64,000 nt of DNA, from positions 6,232,485 to 6,296,484 of the forward strand of contig NC_134027.1 of assembly GCF_964204645.1 (NCBI RefSeq), given 5' to 3'. Under the pieces are notes generated by a model that was given only the letters and a program-made list of their open reading frames with translations, made no database searches and had not been told where the DNA came from. The translations under genes were made by a program, and so were the position numbers. The stretch is from Tubulanus polymorphus (taxonomy: Eukaryota; Animalia; Nemertea). Numbering within the stretch: the stretch's first letter is position 1; every line of letters begins with the position of its first letter. Of this stretch, positions 45,597 through 58,400 are shown piece by piece.

Positions 45597-46994
45597 TTAA
45601 TTCCAAAATGATATCATGTGATTATTATACAGAACTTCCGTTTTCCAATGGAAAATGTATATGAACTCTTTTTCGAAATCAGCTAAATTTGCGTACGCTA
45701 CTTTTTTAGTGGCAAGCTTCATGAACTGATACGCGGGCGCTATATCAACGATGCCAATATCTGCAATTTCACGGACTATTCCAGTAAATTGCGCGTCGTC
45801 AATCCAGAAATATTTTGCACTTAGCGCAACGCGCCTCAGTTTAAACAAAGTCTTCATGTGTAATAAGTAGGCCCATCCGAAGCAATAATCTGGGTACAAA
45901 TCGGGTTCATATTCCTCTTTGGAAACAGACCATTTATAGCTTTTATCACGAAGTACAGTACTTTTAGCGGTTACGTAACATATGAAAGGCGGATTTTCAC
46001 TGCTATACTTTCCGAAATGTTGCGATAACGTTCGGGTTATCCTAGGGATATTGGCGAAAACGTCATCGTCAAGTTTCATTACGTACTTAATGTGGGCACA
46101 ATTCTTTTCGATCCAGCTCATTGCCGTTAATCCTTTGACGGTCATATTTCGGTAATTATCAATAAATGATGCCTGTACGATATCTCCGTGATCGGTCATC
46201 TCCTGTGTTAATGCTGTCTGTTCGTCCTCACTCAAACTAGCCATTCCGATGAAGAAGACAATTCTAAATCTATATTTACGTTGTTCGGCAACCCGAGCCC
46301 AAGTATTGCGTATGTATCGCCGCTTTTCCCAATTTTTAACTGCCGTGTGAATGTAAGCAATAAAATGTAAATTGAGCGGACATATTTTGTCTATCTCCAC
46401 ATCTTTGACAATTGAAACGCATACTTTATTTTCTGTCTCTATTTCATAAAACGTGGTCACAATGCAACTGTTGTTATCCTTCGTATTTGGTTCATCTTTT
46501 GAAGTTTTGAATCGTCTATTCCCGTTTGTACCGCGTTCAACAGCGTTCCAGTCAACCCTATCATTCTCAAGCTGATTGATAGAATTTGCATTACTAGTCT
46601 CACTCTTCACAAATTCTCCTTTCTTTAACTCACGAACATTTTTGCCACTGCTTGGACTATATTCTCGTGGAACTTTCTCTTTAGCAGCCAATATCAACTC
46701 GCGCGTATCCGAAAAGTCTGTATGATTTCCATCTTTGTTGATAACTATATCAAATGCTTCAATGATTATTTTCATTATCATCGATTTCTGTATTTGCGTA
46801 GCCGATTCGATCGATTTTATCGATCGCACGAAATTCGGGTCGTCAAAATCACATTGAGAACGAAGAGAACTAGTGCGAAATTCCAGCATGAAAATAGTCA
46901 CAGTAATGAAAGCTATGAAATATAACACCGTTTTTGATCTGACCATCGGGTGCCTTGAAACCCATTTCAGTAATCCGCCGGTAGCTATCCTCAT
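45597..46994 (-). CDS. Beta-1,3-galactosyltransferase family (GT31) type II membrane glycosyltransferase, single coding exon, 465 aa
   Basis: First ATG at 46994 (the ORF-track start at 47063 is TTG). TM segment VLYFIAFITVTIFML, long stem, RRYIRNTW, HGDIVQASFIDNYRNMTVK, MKLDDDVF (DxD), YPDYCFGWAY, IDDAQFTG. Confidence 0.92.
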   Translation of the reverse strand: MRIATGGLLKWVSRHPMVRSKTVLYFIAFITVTIFMLEFRTSSLRSQCDFDDPNFVRSIKSIESATQIQKSMIMKIIIEAFDIVINKDGNHTDFSDTRELILAAKEKVPREYSPSSGKNVRELKKGEFVKSETSNANSINQLENDRVDWNAVERGTNGNRRFKTSKDEPNTKDNNSCIVTTFYEIETENKVCVSIVKDVEIDKICPLNLHFIAYIHTAVKNWEKRRYIRNTWARVAEQRKYRFRIVFFIGMASLSEDEQTALTQEMTDHGDIVQASFIDNYRNMTVKGLTAMSWIEKNCAHIKYVMKLDDDVFANIPRITRTLSQHFGKYSSENPPFICYVTAKSTVLRDKSYKWSVSKEEYEPDLYPDYCFGWAYLLHMKTLFKLRRVALSAKYFWIDDAQFTGIVREIADIGIVDIAPAYQFMKLATKKVAYANLADFEKEFIYIFHWKTEVLYNNHMISFWN

Positions 46995-47287
46995 CTTTTC
47001 GATCGTTTTAGAGCGTTGAAAGTCATTAATTAATCTTGTCACCAGGATATGACGCGAACTCAATTCCGAATAATTTCACAGCACCCGCGTGCACGTTTCC
47101 CTTTACACCATATATACATATGCTTCGTTCCGGTCATTGGAGAAAATTTATAACAGGCTCGGGCCAAGCAGGTGGTCAACAAATATCAGCATATTGCAGT
47201 ACAGCGCTACCTAACCATTCAACTATTCACAAACCAGTTATATTGTGTCGTGGACTGCTGAACAGTTCTAATTTAGTGTCGTGGACG

Positions 47288-47371
47288 GGGGTCATTCATT
47301 TATTACGTACGCAGAGGGGGGGGGGGGTGGAAATTTCAAATTTTATGCGTACGTAATAAATGAATGATCCC
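47288..47371. mobile_element. Short hairpin MITE remnant
   Basis: 26-bp inverted arms GGGGTCATTCATTTATTACGTACGCA and TGCGTACGTAATAAATGAATGATCCC (1 mismatch) around a poly-G spacer. Confidence 0.7.
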
Positions 47372-47888
47372 ACTGCAAAAGCATGACACACATAAAAACG
47401 TTACATTTTGCAGACAAGGGGGTATCCTTATAATTTCTTGATGGATCACCCTTCTTCCTTTTACCTCTGATTTATATGAACTTCGGGAAAGTTAGCTGGG
47501 GCGATTAGCCCAGATCAGGCCCTCAAGGGTGAATTTTGCCGTGCCTTATCAGAGAACGCGTTCCACGCAAATCACTCACTCGATAAAACAATGCTTAAAC
47601 AAAGCGAAGCGAGTCTTCCGGAACCAGTTGCCAAATTTGGCCCGGACCAAACATGCTCATAGATCGTAGATATAGTTTGCATAACACAGCCTTGATGGAA
47701 ATATTCTACACTGCTGTTAATTCGAAAATCCAAAAAATACTGCAATTTACTAATACCGGGAGTAATATGAATCTATTGTCCTTACCGCCACGTGCGTGGT
47801 ATTTTCTTGTTAAAAAATGTTGTTTATTTTATTATGTCTCTTGTTTTTTTTTTAAATCAAAAATAAGGTTCTTAATTGATCTTGTTTG

Positions 47889-48034
47889 TAAGATGGCGAT
47901 CGTGTTGATCTAAATCATTTTTTTTTCTCTGCTGCAGTCGCGATGCACTTTTTACAAAATAAAGATTTGAATTTAAATTTGCATTGAGCGGCGCTACACA
48001 GCTCGGCTCCACACCACTTCCTGTATACTTCCGG
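47889..48034. promoter_or_regulatory. Probable housekeeping-type promoter of CLPTM1L, possibly shared with the divergent GT31 gene
   Basis: YY1-like AAGATGGCG at about 47890 and tandem ETS-like CACTTCCTG / TACTTCCGG at about 48015-48033, about 330-470 bp upstream of the ATG. Confidence 0.45.
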
Positions 48035-48361
48035 GTTTGTATAGTTTTGGCCAAGTCCTTGACGCTGGACCCCAATTATTGTCATTTTAAGGAGCGGTTT
48101 TGACGTTTGTGATTTAAGTTGATTTATTTAAAACAATAGTACAATAATGTAGCTTCGGCCTTACTGCAGTTTAGCCTAGGTCACCATGGTTAGGTAAAAC
48201 GAAGGGACGGGACACCTACCTACTGCAGTCGCTCCACCAGGCACTCGTGCATTTGGTTTTTTCCCAGTAGCACAGACTTGAAGGGGTTGACGTTATAACT
48301 TAAGAGACACAATCGCTTCCTTCAAATGCTTCGATCACTTTCCTTATTTTCAGATATAAAG

Positions 48362-51300
48362 ATGTGGCGTCCATCCCTTACTACAATACTATCTACGCTA
48401 TTTTTGTTATATATCTCGCATTCGATGTACTCGATATATAGTTTATTTCATCCAACACAGTGTCAGATTCAATCAACCTGCCTCAAACCATATCTCAGCA
48501 GAAATAAACCATTACAGGTAAGACTTAGAAATCAGGTTGCTGTACTTTATGTCCCCAGTCAGGGTTCTGTAATATAACTACATCCAGAAAATGTGTGGAA
48601 TAAGACTTTAGATTTAGGTGGTCGATGAGTCTACAATCCTACTGGTAGATATGTTACCATGAATATTTATGAACTATATATGACAATATTGTTATCATTG
48701 CAGCTTAGCATTTATTCATCAAAATCTGAACAAGTTCGTTCAATTGATGATTTGACATTAATATGGAGGATAATGGACTTCACTGCTTCTAAGAGCATTG
48801 ATCAGTATGTAAAATATCTGTTTTTGTATCATGAAAAATGTCACTAATAAACTTTAGATACCAAGAAGTTTCTTTTATTTTCACAGTACATTGAATGTAA
48901 CTGTACCGAAGAAAACTAGGAACAACGGAACTTTATTTCTTCACATTTTCCTCCACCCTTTGAACCAGTTGTCTTTCAAAAATCGTTACACAGTTTATAC
49001 CAGCGGTGTTTTGACAACTTACTCGGTGAAGAAAGCTGAAACCTTTAACTTGATGGGAGAACAAAAAGTCAAGGTATTTTTGACTGAAATGAATAAAGTT
49101 CATTTGCTAACTCTCATATCAAAAGATTCTGTCAAAAATGAATGATTTTTTAGCATTCTCGAATTGTTTGTATTTCAGAATGAAAGTAAACCATTCGACT
49201 CACGTCCCGTTTCACATTGGAAGACCGAGATATTCATCAACGTTATGGATGAATTAATATCCCTTGATAGATATCAAGTCCCCCCTTTACTCTATAAATT
49301 CGTCAGGTAAGTTCAGCAATATTTGCGTAGTAATTTCTGAAGAGTGACTGTTTTTGCAACCTTTTGAGGAATACAATTCAATGTAACACATCTGGGTATT
49401 TTCGCACAGATTATCGCCTGAAAATGAATATTTACCTCCACTATATCTGGACACTGTCAGTGAAAGAGATCGACATTTGCAGGTATCCTAGACAGCTTTT
49501 CTCCAGTTTCTTAATCGCATCGTCATTACATGCCGAGTCCACACCTTTATTGTTACATGCATTTGATGACTTAATGGGTTTACCAATTGATAATTTAAAA
49601 CTATATCTGGATGGATGTTCTTATTATAGGCGTTGAATAAGACATGTTATGAGATGCCTCTCACCATACACTATACACCAACCTCTGTGGGACGCCTGCA
49701 GTTGTGGAGCAGTTTGGAAGAATCTATGAAGATGTTGTATTCTTTCGGTATGCTAAGTTCTTTTGTAGTAGACAATGCCAAATGCTAACTTCAGGCCCCT
49801 TTTCTGATCCATGATTTCTGCCACATGTATATGTTCAACTTCATAGGTTTCTCTCAGAAAGATACCGATGAAGTGAAAGGAATTTTTGCCGACACAAATA
49901 TCTACCTCTTGCTTCTAACATTCCTTGTTTCCGCTTGCCATGTAAGTTAGCCTCTTATCAAAAATACATCCATTATCTAGAAATTTTCACGTTTAATTTC
50001 AGTTGATTGTACATGATCTTATATGCATTTCAGTTGCTGTTTGACTTTTTGGCATTCAAAAACGACATCAATTTCTGGCGAAATCGAGATTCGATGGTTG
50101 GTTTGTCTACAAGAGTGGTCATATGGCGATGTATGAGTATGATTATAATATTCTTCTATCTGAAAGATGAAGATACAAGTTTATTAGTATTAGGTCCTGC
50201 TGGTATTGGTGCCTTGATTGAGGTGTGTTCTCTTGTATTTATGATTTATGAAGAGCCCACAGTAAAAATGTCTTTGGGTCTTCTTTTCCTCGGTTCACTA
50301 TGAGCTGGAGTGTGCTTTGGAATTTTATGTCCATAGTTCTTATACAAAAGACCTGGTTTTCATTGTAGATGTGGAAAGTTTCAAAGGCATTTAAAGTCAA
50401 AGTGATTCGCCGTGGTTTCATGCCATCATTCCAGATAGGAAGCACTTCTGCAGGAGAGGCTGAAACAGAAAAAATTGATTCTCAGGTAAACTGCCATCAT
50501 ATTTCTGAATTTGATTTGTTGTATTTGATTATGTCATTTAAAGCATAAACTTCTTTTTCCTGATATTTTTTAGGCTATGAAGTATCTTTCTTACGTATTA
50601 TATCCATTGCTGATCTGTGGTGCCATATATTCACTGCTGTATAATCCATTTAAAAGGTACTCTCAGAGATTTAAGGATGATTTTTACATTTAGCATCTAA
50701 TTTTTACATTTAGCATCTAATTTTTACAATCAATAGCTTTTAAGGCACTTAAATGGATTGTCTTGATATTTAGTTTATGCATTTTCCCTGGACACATCTG
50801 TCTAATTAAGTTTTCTTGTTTTTAGCTGGTATTCTTGGTGCCTTCATAGCATGGTCAATGGTAAGAATATCTATTCAAATAGATTCAGATTTTCCATTCA
50901 ACAAGAACCCTTTGAAAAGTACATGCATTTTTCTAAAAATCTTCAAATCAATAATTTTAGGGGTTTATGCATTCGGTTTCTTGTTCATGTTGCCCCAGCT
51001 ATTCCTCAACTACAAGGTAATTTGTTTGTTTAATTTCTGAATTGAATAGTTGTACCCACAGTTTCACTCGGATTTCCTCTATCTATTTGCTAATTAATGT
51101 TTCAGTTGAAGTCTGTTGCCCATCTACCGTGGCGCGCATTCATGTACAAGGTTAGTTGATAAGTAGTCGATGAATATATTCTGTATACATTACATTAGAT
51201 ACATTGACTTTTCTGTTGCCTGTCGATTAATGATATCAAAATATGATTTTATTTCCAGGCATTCAACACGTTTATTGATGATATCTTTGCATTCATAATC

Positions 51301-51588
51301 ACCATGCCTACTGCTCACCGGCTGGCTTGTTTTAGAGATGATATAATCTTTGTTATTTATCTTTATCAACGCTGGTAAGTAATAATTATTGATATGACCA
51401 AGAATTTGCTTCTTATCGTTGGATGGAGCACAGGCCGATAGATGTTAGATTTCTTAATTTGAATTAACAACCTGGCATTGTCTTGTTTCAGGTTGTACCC
51501 AGTCGATAAAAAGCGCGTTAACGAATATGGTCAGTCGTTCGTCGAAAATGATACAAAGCAAAGCAAAAACGATAAAAAAGATAAATAA
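48362..51588 (+). CDS. CLPTM1L: Lipid scramblase CLPTM1L, multi-exon
   Basis: [151 protein letters not shown]. Ends KKDK* (KKxx ER-retrieval type). Confidence 0.96.
50681..50728. repeat. 20-bp tandem repeat x2.4 in a CLPTM1L intron
   Basis: TTTTTACATTTAGCATCTAA occurs twice, followed by a partial third copy. Confidence 0.9.
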
Positions 51589-52441
51589 ACCGTTGTAACC
51601 GACAATCAGTGAGAATGTTTTCTACATTTACGATATATTACTTAGTATCGACAAGATTTTGTGCCAGTCTCTCTATTCTCTATGCATGTAGAAAATTCAT
51701 CTACAATACCTATCCTATAGTATAAATTACGTCCATGTCCTACCTTATTCCTAGATGTCTGTTAGTGCTTTTACTTTATGTATATTCATACTGTACATTA
51801 CTATACACAAACTGTACAGGGCTTCCTAATATAAAACCACAGAAGTTGCACTCTCTGCCTTTAATAATTTGATAGAATAGATTTTATTTACTGATAGCCT
51901 TTATGTGATATAACAACCAGTAAAGCACCCTAGCAGAACCAGAGCTGTTCTCTCGACTAAAATCTGAATCAGTTTCACTGTACTGTGTTGTTAGTATTCC
52001 TTGCCATGTAGACTGAGTATATAATAAGGGTGCATGCTGGCATAAGCTACTTATGCCATGAGCTGAATTGATGAAATTCATTGGCAAATGTGGGTTTTTT
52101 TAACGATAGTTTGTTTCTATATTGTTTATTTATTCAAGCATTGCATTTGAATCATGTGTAATCATCAAAATTAAATGTATTGTATTGGTACATTCAGTTC
52201 TGGAAATTTTAGCCATGAAATTAATAGATATTGTTTTTATTTGAATCATTGGTGTCTTTGCATTTAGTTGCATGTACTTAGAGGTATGTTTTAATCTCGC
52301 TGCTCCCATAATTCTATTTGAAACGGTTCAAGCAGATGGCGCCCCAACAGCAACACAAACATTTTGTCATTCAGACGCTTGATAATAGAATATCCTCAAA
52401 AAGGATGAAGAACAAGAAGGAAATTTCAATTCAAGTCAATA

Positions 52442-55400
52442 TTTATTAATATATTTGGTGACAATAGAGAAAAACCAATGGATTACAACACATCAGTTAG
52501 TTGTTTGTCCCTTGCTCACTCAGTGAAAATATGGCCACCTATTTGCATAATATTGTATGCGCCTGCCATGTCACCTGGTGGAAGAGACCGAGACTGACAC
52601 AGTCAATGCACAAGCTGAAGCAGGGGTAGTCTGTGTAATGTCCAAGCATCCACTCGGAGATTTACTTCATCCATCACCCATGGCTGTACATATATTACAA
52701 AATGTTGTAATAAACATACTTTTTCCAAAGTTACAGCACATAGGCCAACTCGAGTATTATACTACAGTACATTACAGAGGCATTCAAGAGCAAAGAATCT
52801 TCAGAAAATCTTGCGAAATAAGTGTTTCATATAGATCAATGGAATGCTTTGAAAAGCCAAACAATGGATAATTACACAGACTTAAGCTGAGGTATGATAT
52901 AATATGTATATATTAATATATACAATGAAAGGGCACAAGGATTACACCTAGCAAGTCCGAACAATGCTTCTGAAGCAAGCGTAAATCAGGACTGTAAAGT
53001 ATAGATCGATAGCTTCTGGCTATTTCATACCAAAAGCTTGTATATCATTAAATAAGATATGCAATAAAATTGAACCATGAACCAAAAAAGAGAGACAAAA
53101 AATTAAAACTACATCACAGTCGATTTAAGAGTCCCAAGTAAATGATGAGCTATTGTGCCATTTTATAGGTAGGAGATATTTAACATAAGTGTTGGTGTTC
53201 AACCCAGATGTAACCACTTGGCCAGGTGATCAATGCTTCATTTTCAATATCAACGCAACGTGACATGTTTTCCCCTGTTAAAAACCAGCTGAAGTTTACT
53301 AGTGGCATTTGGCATCTGGGTTGACTCGACAAGACTTAAATTTGGCACACTTAAACTCGCACAGTATCATCATTCGCACATTGAATAAACTGTGGAGTTG
53401 AGCTCTCAAGACCTAAATATATAAAAGCTAAATAACAAAAAAATAAAACGATCACAGTAATGGACAATATTGGCCGAGGCTAAAATGTCGTAACATTGGC
53501 GTTATGATAAAAACGCTGATGCCATAGGATTGGCATTTAACAAATACATTAACAGTCTAATTATGATAGCCATACCATGCCATGTACCCTGTAATATCGA
53601 ATTCTATCATGAATATTTCACTTCCGTTTATGTGCACTGTAAACACTTTCAAAGTCATGGTAATACATGTACTTATTAAATGGAAATCTGTTTTTGTTTT
53701 TGTAAACCTATGTAGAGCAATTTGTATTAGCACATGAAAGCTCAGAGGTTTAATGCAAGATGTGAGAATAATCAATATTATGTACAGGTATATATTCAGA
53801 AGCAAATGAAATAGTAAGGGCCGATTGCCAATGTCCGGGCAGATTAGCCTCTCCTACAAACATAGGGATTGTCAGTATAAATAAAAAGACGTAGTCACAG
53901 GGGTCAAAAGTATTCTGAAATGCAGTGGAAATGAATCTATAAACTATAAACAGCTAATTTGTCTAAAAAAAATACTTAAGTTCTATTCTTGATCACAAAT
54001 CTATGTGATATTCTGGGAATTTAGATATTTTTTGAAGCAACGTTAGCATAGATATCAGCAGAAGAAATTTGTCTAAATTCTAAAGTATTTTAGGAGTGTG
54101 ACCATTTAATTGAATGAAATAAAAAACACCGCAATTAAATTCCACAATTCTAATGGTAATATAAGTCTGATATCTGAATGTGAATATCTTTCATTTACAA
54201 ATATCTACTATGATCTATTAAGAGTGCTGGCTTCCTAGTGAAATGAAAATAACACAAGATCACTCTTAGTTGTGTAAGTTTAAAATTGTGTTTAGAATCA
54301 GATAGATAATACTGTTGAAGAAAATGTAAGTATCAGAAATACAAATAATAATTTACAACCATCAAGAAAAATAGAAACAGAAGGTTCTGAGAGCGCAATG
54401 AAATCATCCGATTATAACATAGGCAATTTTCCTCGATTAAATCTAATAATTTCAAGTGAAACATATGCTAACTAAATGAAATCTGTTTCCAAGGCCCTTT
54501 AAGAAGATGGGGTCAGTGAGCGCAAATAAAAAGAGCACAACACTGCACTGTGCCCCCTCAGTTTCGACGTACCAAGTACTGGTCACACAACATTCAGATG
54601 ACACAAAAAATCACCAATTAAGCCACTACATACCCCTTCATTTACTGTCAATTCATACATTTAAACTTTCTCCTAGTCACTTTTCGATATAATACATTAT
54701 TGCATGGTATTTGACTGAACTGCGGATGCAACGCTCTTTACATTGGATACACTGACATTGTCATTTTGAAAATGATCGTTATCAATGAATTTTTACATTT
54801 TTATATAATTACTCTAAGACTACTATTTCCATCACAGAAGCTCTTACTTCACTTGAATACAAGATTTACGTCTTCATTGAGGAGAAAGTTTCACAAACTT
54901 TTTAAACTTCAGTCCTCAAATCTTTTTTCGACAGACGGAATTGTTTAGTATAGTAGCTACGCTAAGGTTACACGATTGACAAACCTCTAGTACGTGGATA
55001 CAACTAAGAGCGTTTCATCGTGGGAAAAACATCGTCAAAGTTTATAATTATTATAATAAACGACTTTTTAAAATTTACATTGGAAATCTACATTGATGAT
55101 ATCTTTCATTAATTAAATCCTATGTAAAATATTATGGGGAGACTCTGAGGTAGATGAAGGCTTCCAATATGAAATAGTATATATTATATAATATATATAT
55201 ATACATACATATACATATATGTATATGTACATACATTATAACACGATCAGGCCAGAATTATGCACAAACACTATAAAGCAACACAAATTTATATCATACA
55301 ATTTTATACATGGTATTCGGTATTCTATTAAATATGCGTTGATAGTTCAGTTGATCACACCAGAAAACAGGTACCAGCCTAATATGTACTTCATCACAGT

Positions 55401-58400
55401 AGTGAAGATTTTACGTACCAGTAAGACCTTTACGTGGTAGAATGCTGGTGTAACACAGTCATCATCTCTAAATTAATTGATAGTTAATCGTAGCATTTCA
55501 TGATAATCTGCAGTAGTTATAGAGTAAGGTCTTCCCCATCTCGCCAAACCCAGCTCCTTTTGAGGGTGGTCTTAACCAGTAAGACAAAACGAAGCCAGCT
55601 TTTTTAGTTAATAATACAGTACCGTATTCAAACGTGTATATCATTCTTTTTACTAAAGAATTGGTTGGTGGTTTATTTGACACTTTCTTGAACAATCTAC
55701 ACAATGAATTGACTTTCTTTTTCTCTTGGTTTATATAGATATATATCCCAGCACAACTTGTCTTTACACATGTATATAATACACCAAGTTATATATATAT
55801 ACATTCAACGGAATAGTAATAATACTGATAAGACCGAATAACCATACTTTTTCTCCGCAGTCTCCCAGCAATCTGCACAACAATAGAAGTTCTTACCAAT
55901 CATATCTGAATCTGAATACTTTGGTTCATATCATCATTCTCTCTATCTTTATGAATAAATTATGTTAAATATTGGTTACACCTTTTTTTGAGATATGTTA
56001 AGTCCAATATATAGGTCTTTCACTTTATACCTTAAGACCCCTATGCATACAATAGTATATAAATTTAGGCTTCACACCTGGATTTAATGTGCAATCGTAC
56101 TTAAGTTAAATACCACGTCTTGCCATGCAACGCTAATCATTGATTCACTTTTCCTGATTTTTAATTTTTCTTTTTGCTTAATTCATTCTTACTTGTCCTA
56201 AAGGCTCCTACAACGGGAGTATGCTCGATTGAGGAAATTTCATTCAAAATCATAACATATCACATCAGTTACAAGAAATGTAAATGTGTATACTGAATAA
56301 CTATGAATTTAATTCAAATATCTAATTTCTGACACTTATACCAGTAACATCTCTCGATAAACTTTCTTATGTTATTGTTTGACTACCTGAACTGACTGAT
56401 GAACGAATATCTTATTTCAACTAACATACTTGTATTTCATATTACTAGTTGTTATAAATCTATATTTGGAAAATAATAAATCATAATCATTATTATCACC
56501 TTTCATTATTATTTATCATATTTATTATCATTATTATTATTACTATCGTTATATATGAGATAATGGTGATGGTGATGAAAATGATGTGTTTATAAGTAGA
56601 ACATGTATTTATTTACTAATTAATTTCACACAAGGTGATATATGTATAATTCAACTAGGCCCATTCAGGAAGCAATTCGTCCTCTTGGTAAAGTGAACGC
56701 CGTGTTGTTGGAAAACAGTATATTGGGCAATTACCAACGTCATATTTCCACATACTTAAATAAACGGGAACAATGCATCAAAGACTTTCAGTTGATTTAG
56801 GCTTTTCATCGACCTTTAATTTTAACCTGTAAATTTTCTATACCTGATTAGGAAATTCCATTGATGCCAAAAAATTAAGATACTTGAATGTTATTTCATA
56901 TCACTTTTGCATTCTCCATTATACTTCACAAGATTGAAAGACAATTTTCAATGTAAGATTATTAAAAAGTATTGATATACAAAAACTGCATTCAACTCCT
57001 GTTTCAGAGCTTACAAGATTCTTCACTATAAAGGTGTACCGACCAGCCATCATTCTGTTGTGTGCTTGAAACAGTTCGGACAGAATATTCATGCAAAAAA
57101 TCTACTGCGGAACGGATATACTCAATTTCACAATATTCCACACATAGCCATCATCATAATCACTATCATCGATAAAAATATTGCATATCATCATCGGCAA
57201 TACACGAAGAAACACTTCACTTCAAAAATCGTCTTACGAATAATATAATACGATTCAAAATTATGACATATATTCATCACCATAGCATTGTTTAGCACAT
57301 TTAATGTATTTTGAGACTGCATTTGCACACCAATTTCAACTACGATTCCCTCTTTCCCCGTACTACTGATCACAACTTGTCGCAATATGGCACATGCAGT
57401 ATAAAAGATTTCATGTACATGACAGCGCAACCATCTGCAATCGACGCAGACCAAAGACTCCAAAAATATACTATACACAAAGATCCACATCGACGCAGGT
57501 GGTGCGGTCAACTCGCATTTTTAAATACCAAGGCCACTACTCACTGAAAATTTTTCTTCCCAAAATACATGGTATAAAAACTACAATATATATTATTTTG
57601 AGAAGAAATAGAAAATTTGGCACCTTCGGTATAATGTATTGCAATAATCTATCGAAAGTAGTGGCCCTGGCATTTACTAGTATATTTATAAATAGGGCCT
57701 AACCATGTATTGACTAACAAAATGCTTCTAAGAATAGTAGATGTTCTTATTAAGACTTTTTTTTAGATACATTGATAAAGTTGAGTTGTTAAAACTGAGA
57801 GAATGTTTCATTCAAAGAGCAAACGCCTTTTAATTGCTCAGTGACATAAAACATTCAGCAAAATCATGTCCAAATTAAATCAACAAGTACTCCGACTAAA
57901 TTCCTTTATAAGCGCAAAATTCCACTTCAAATTGATATATTCTGGGGTGTCTTTTTATAAAAGATATTGTTGTATGGACCTTTTCCCTTGAAAGAAGATT
58001 CATCGCACTAAATATCTAAACTATCAGAAACATTATTAACCAGCCCTGTAGTAAAAGGGCCAAGACTTATTTCCAAAATTCATTTTTGTCAATACCTTGG
58101 TGTCTTAACTGTGCTCGAAAAACTTCCAAATGATCTCTAATGGACGAAAACAAAAGTTCCGGTGCCTCATGCACAAAAATCAATACACCATCAATTTCAA
58201 ATTAAAATTGGTTATAGATTTCGACTCGAGAATGTGATGAGGCTTTAAGACACCAGCTGTATTGATTTATCACATTGAAACGGTCTTTGAGGTAATCCCA
58301 GTCTCATGAGGTATTAAGGTCACACGATGATCGGACGATAAGCTCAAATAGAAAGCTCCACAGCCGAGGTAAGATCCAAGTGCATATCCACTATATATGA

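Noticed and set aside
49484-49630. Possible U12-type intron in CLPTM1L (donor GTATCCTAG)
   Set aside because: The donor deviates from GTATCCTTT and there is no TCCTTAAC-like branch point near the acceptor, so it is treated as U2-type.
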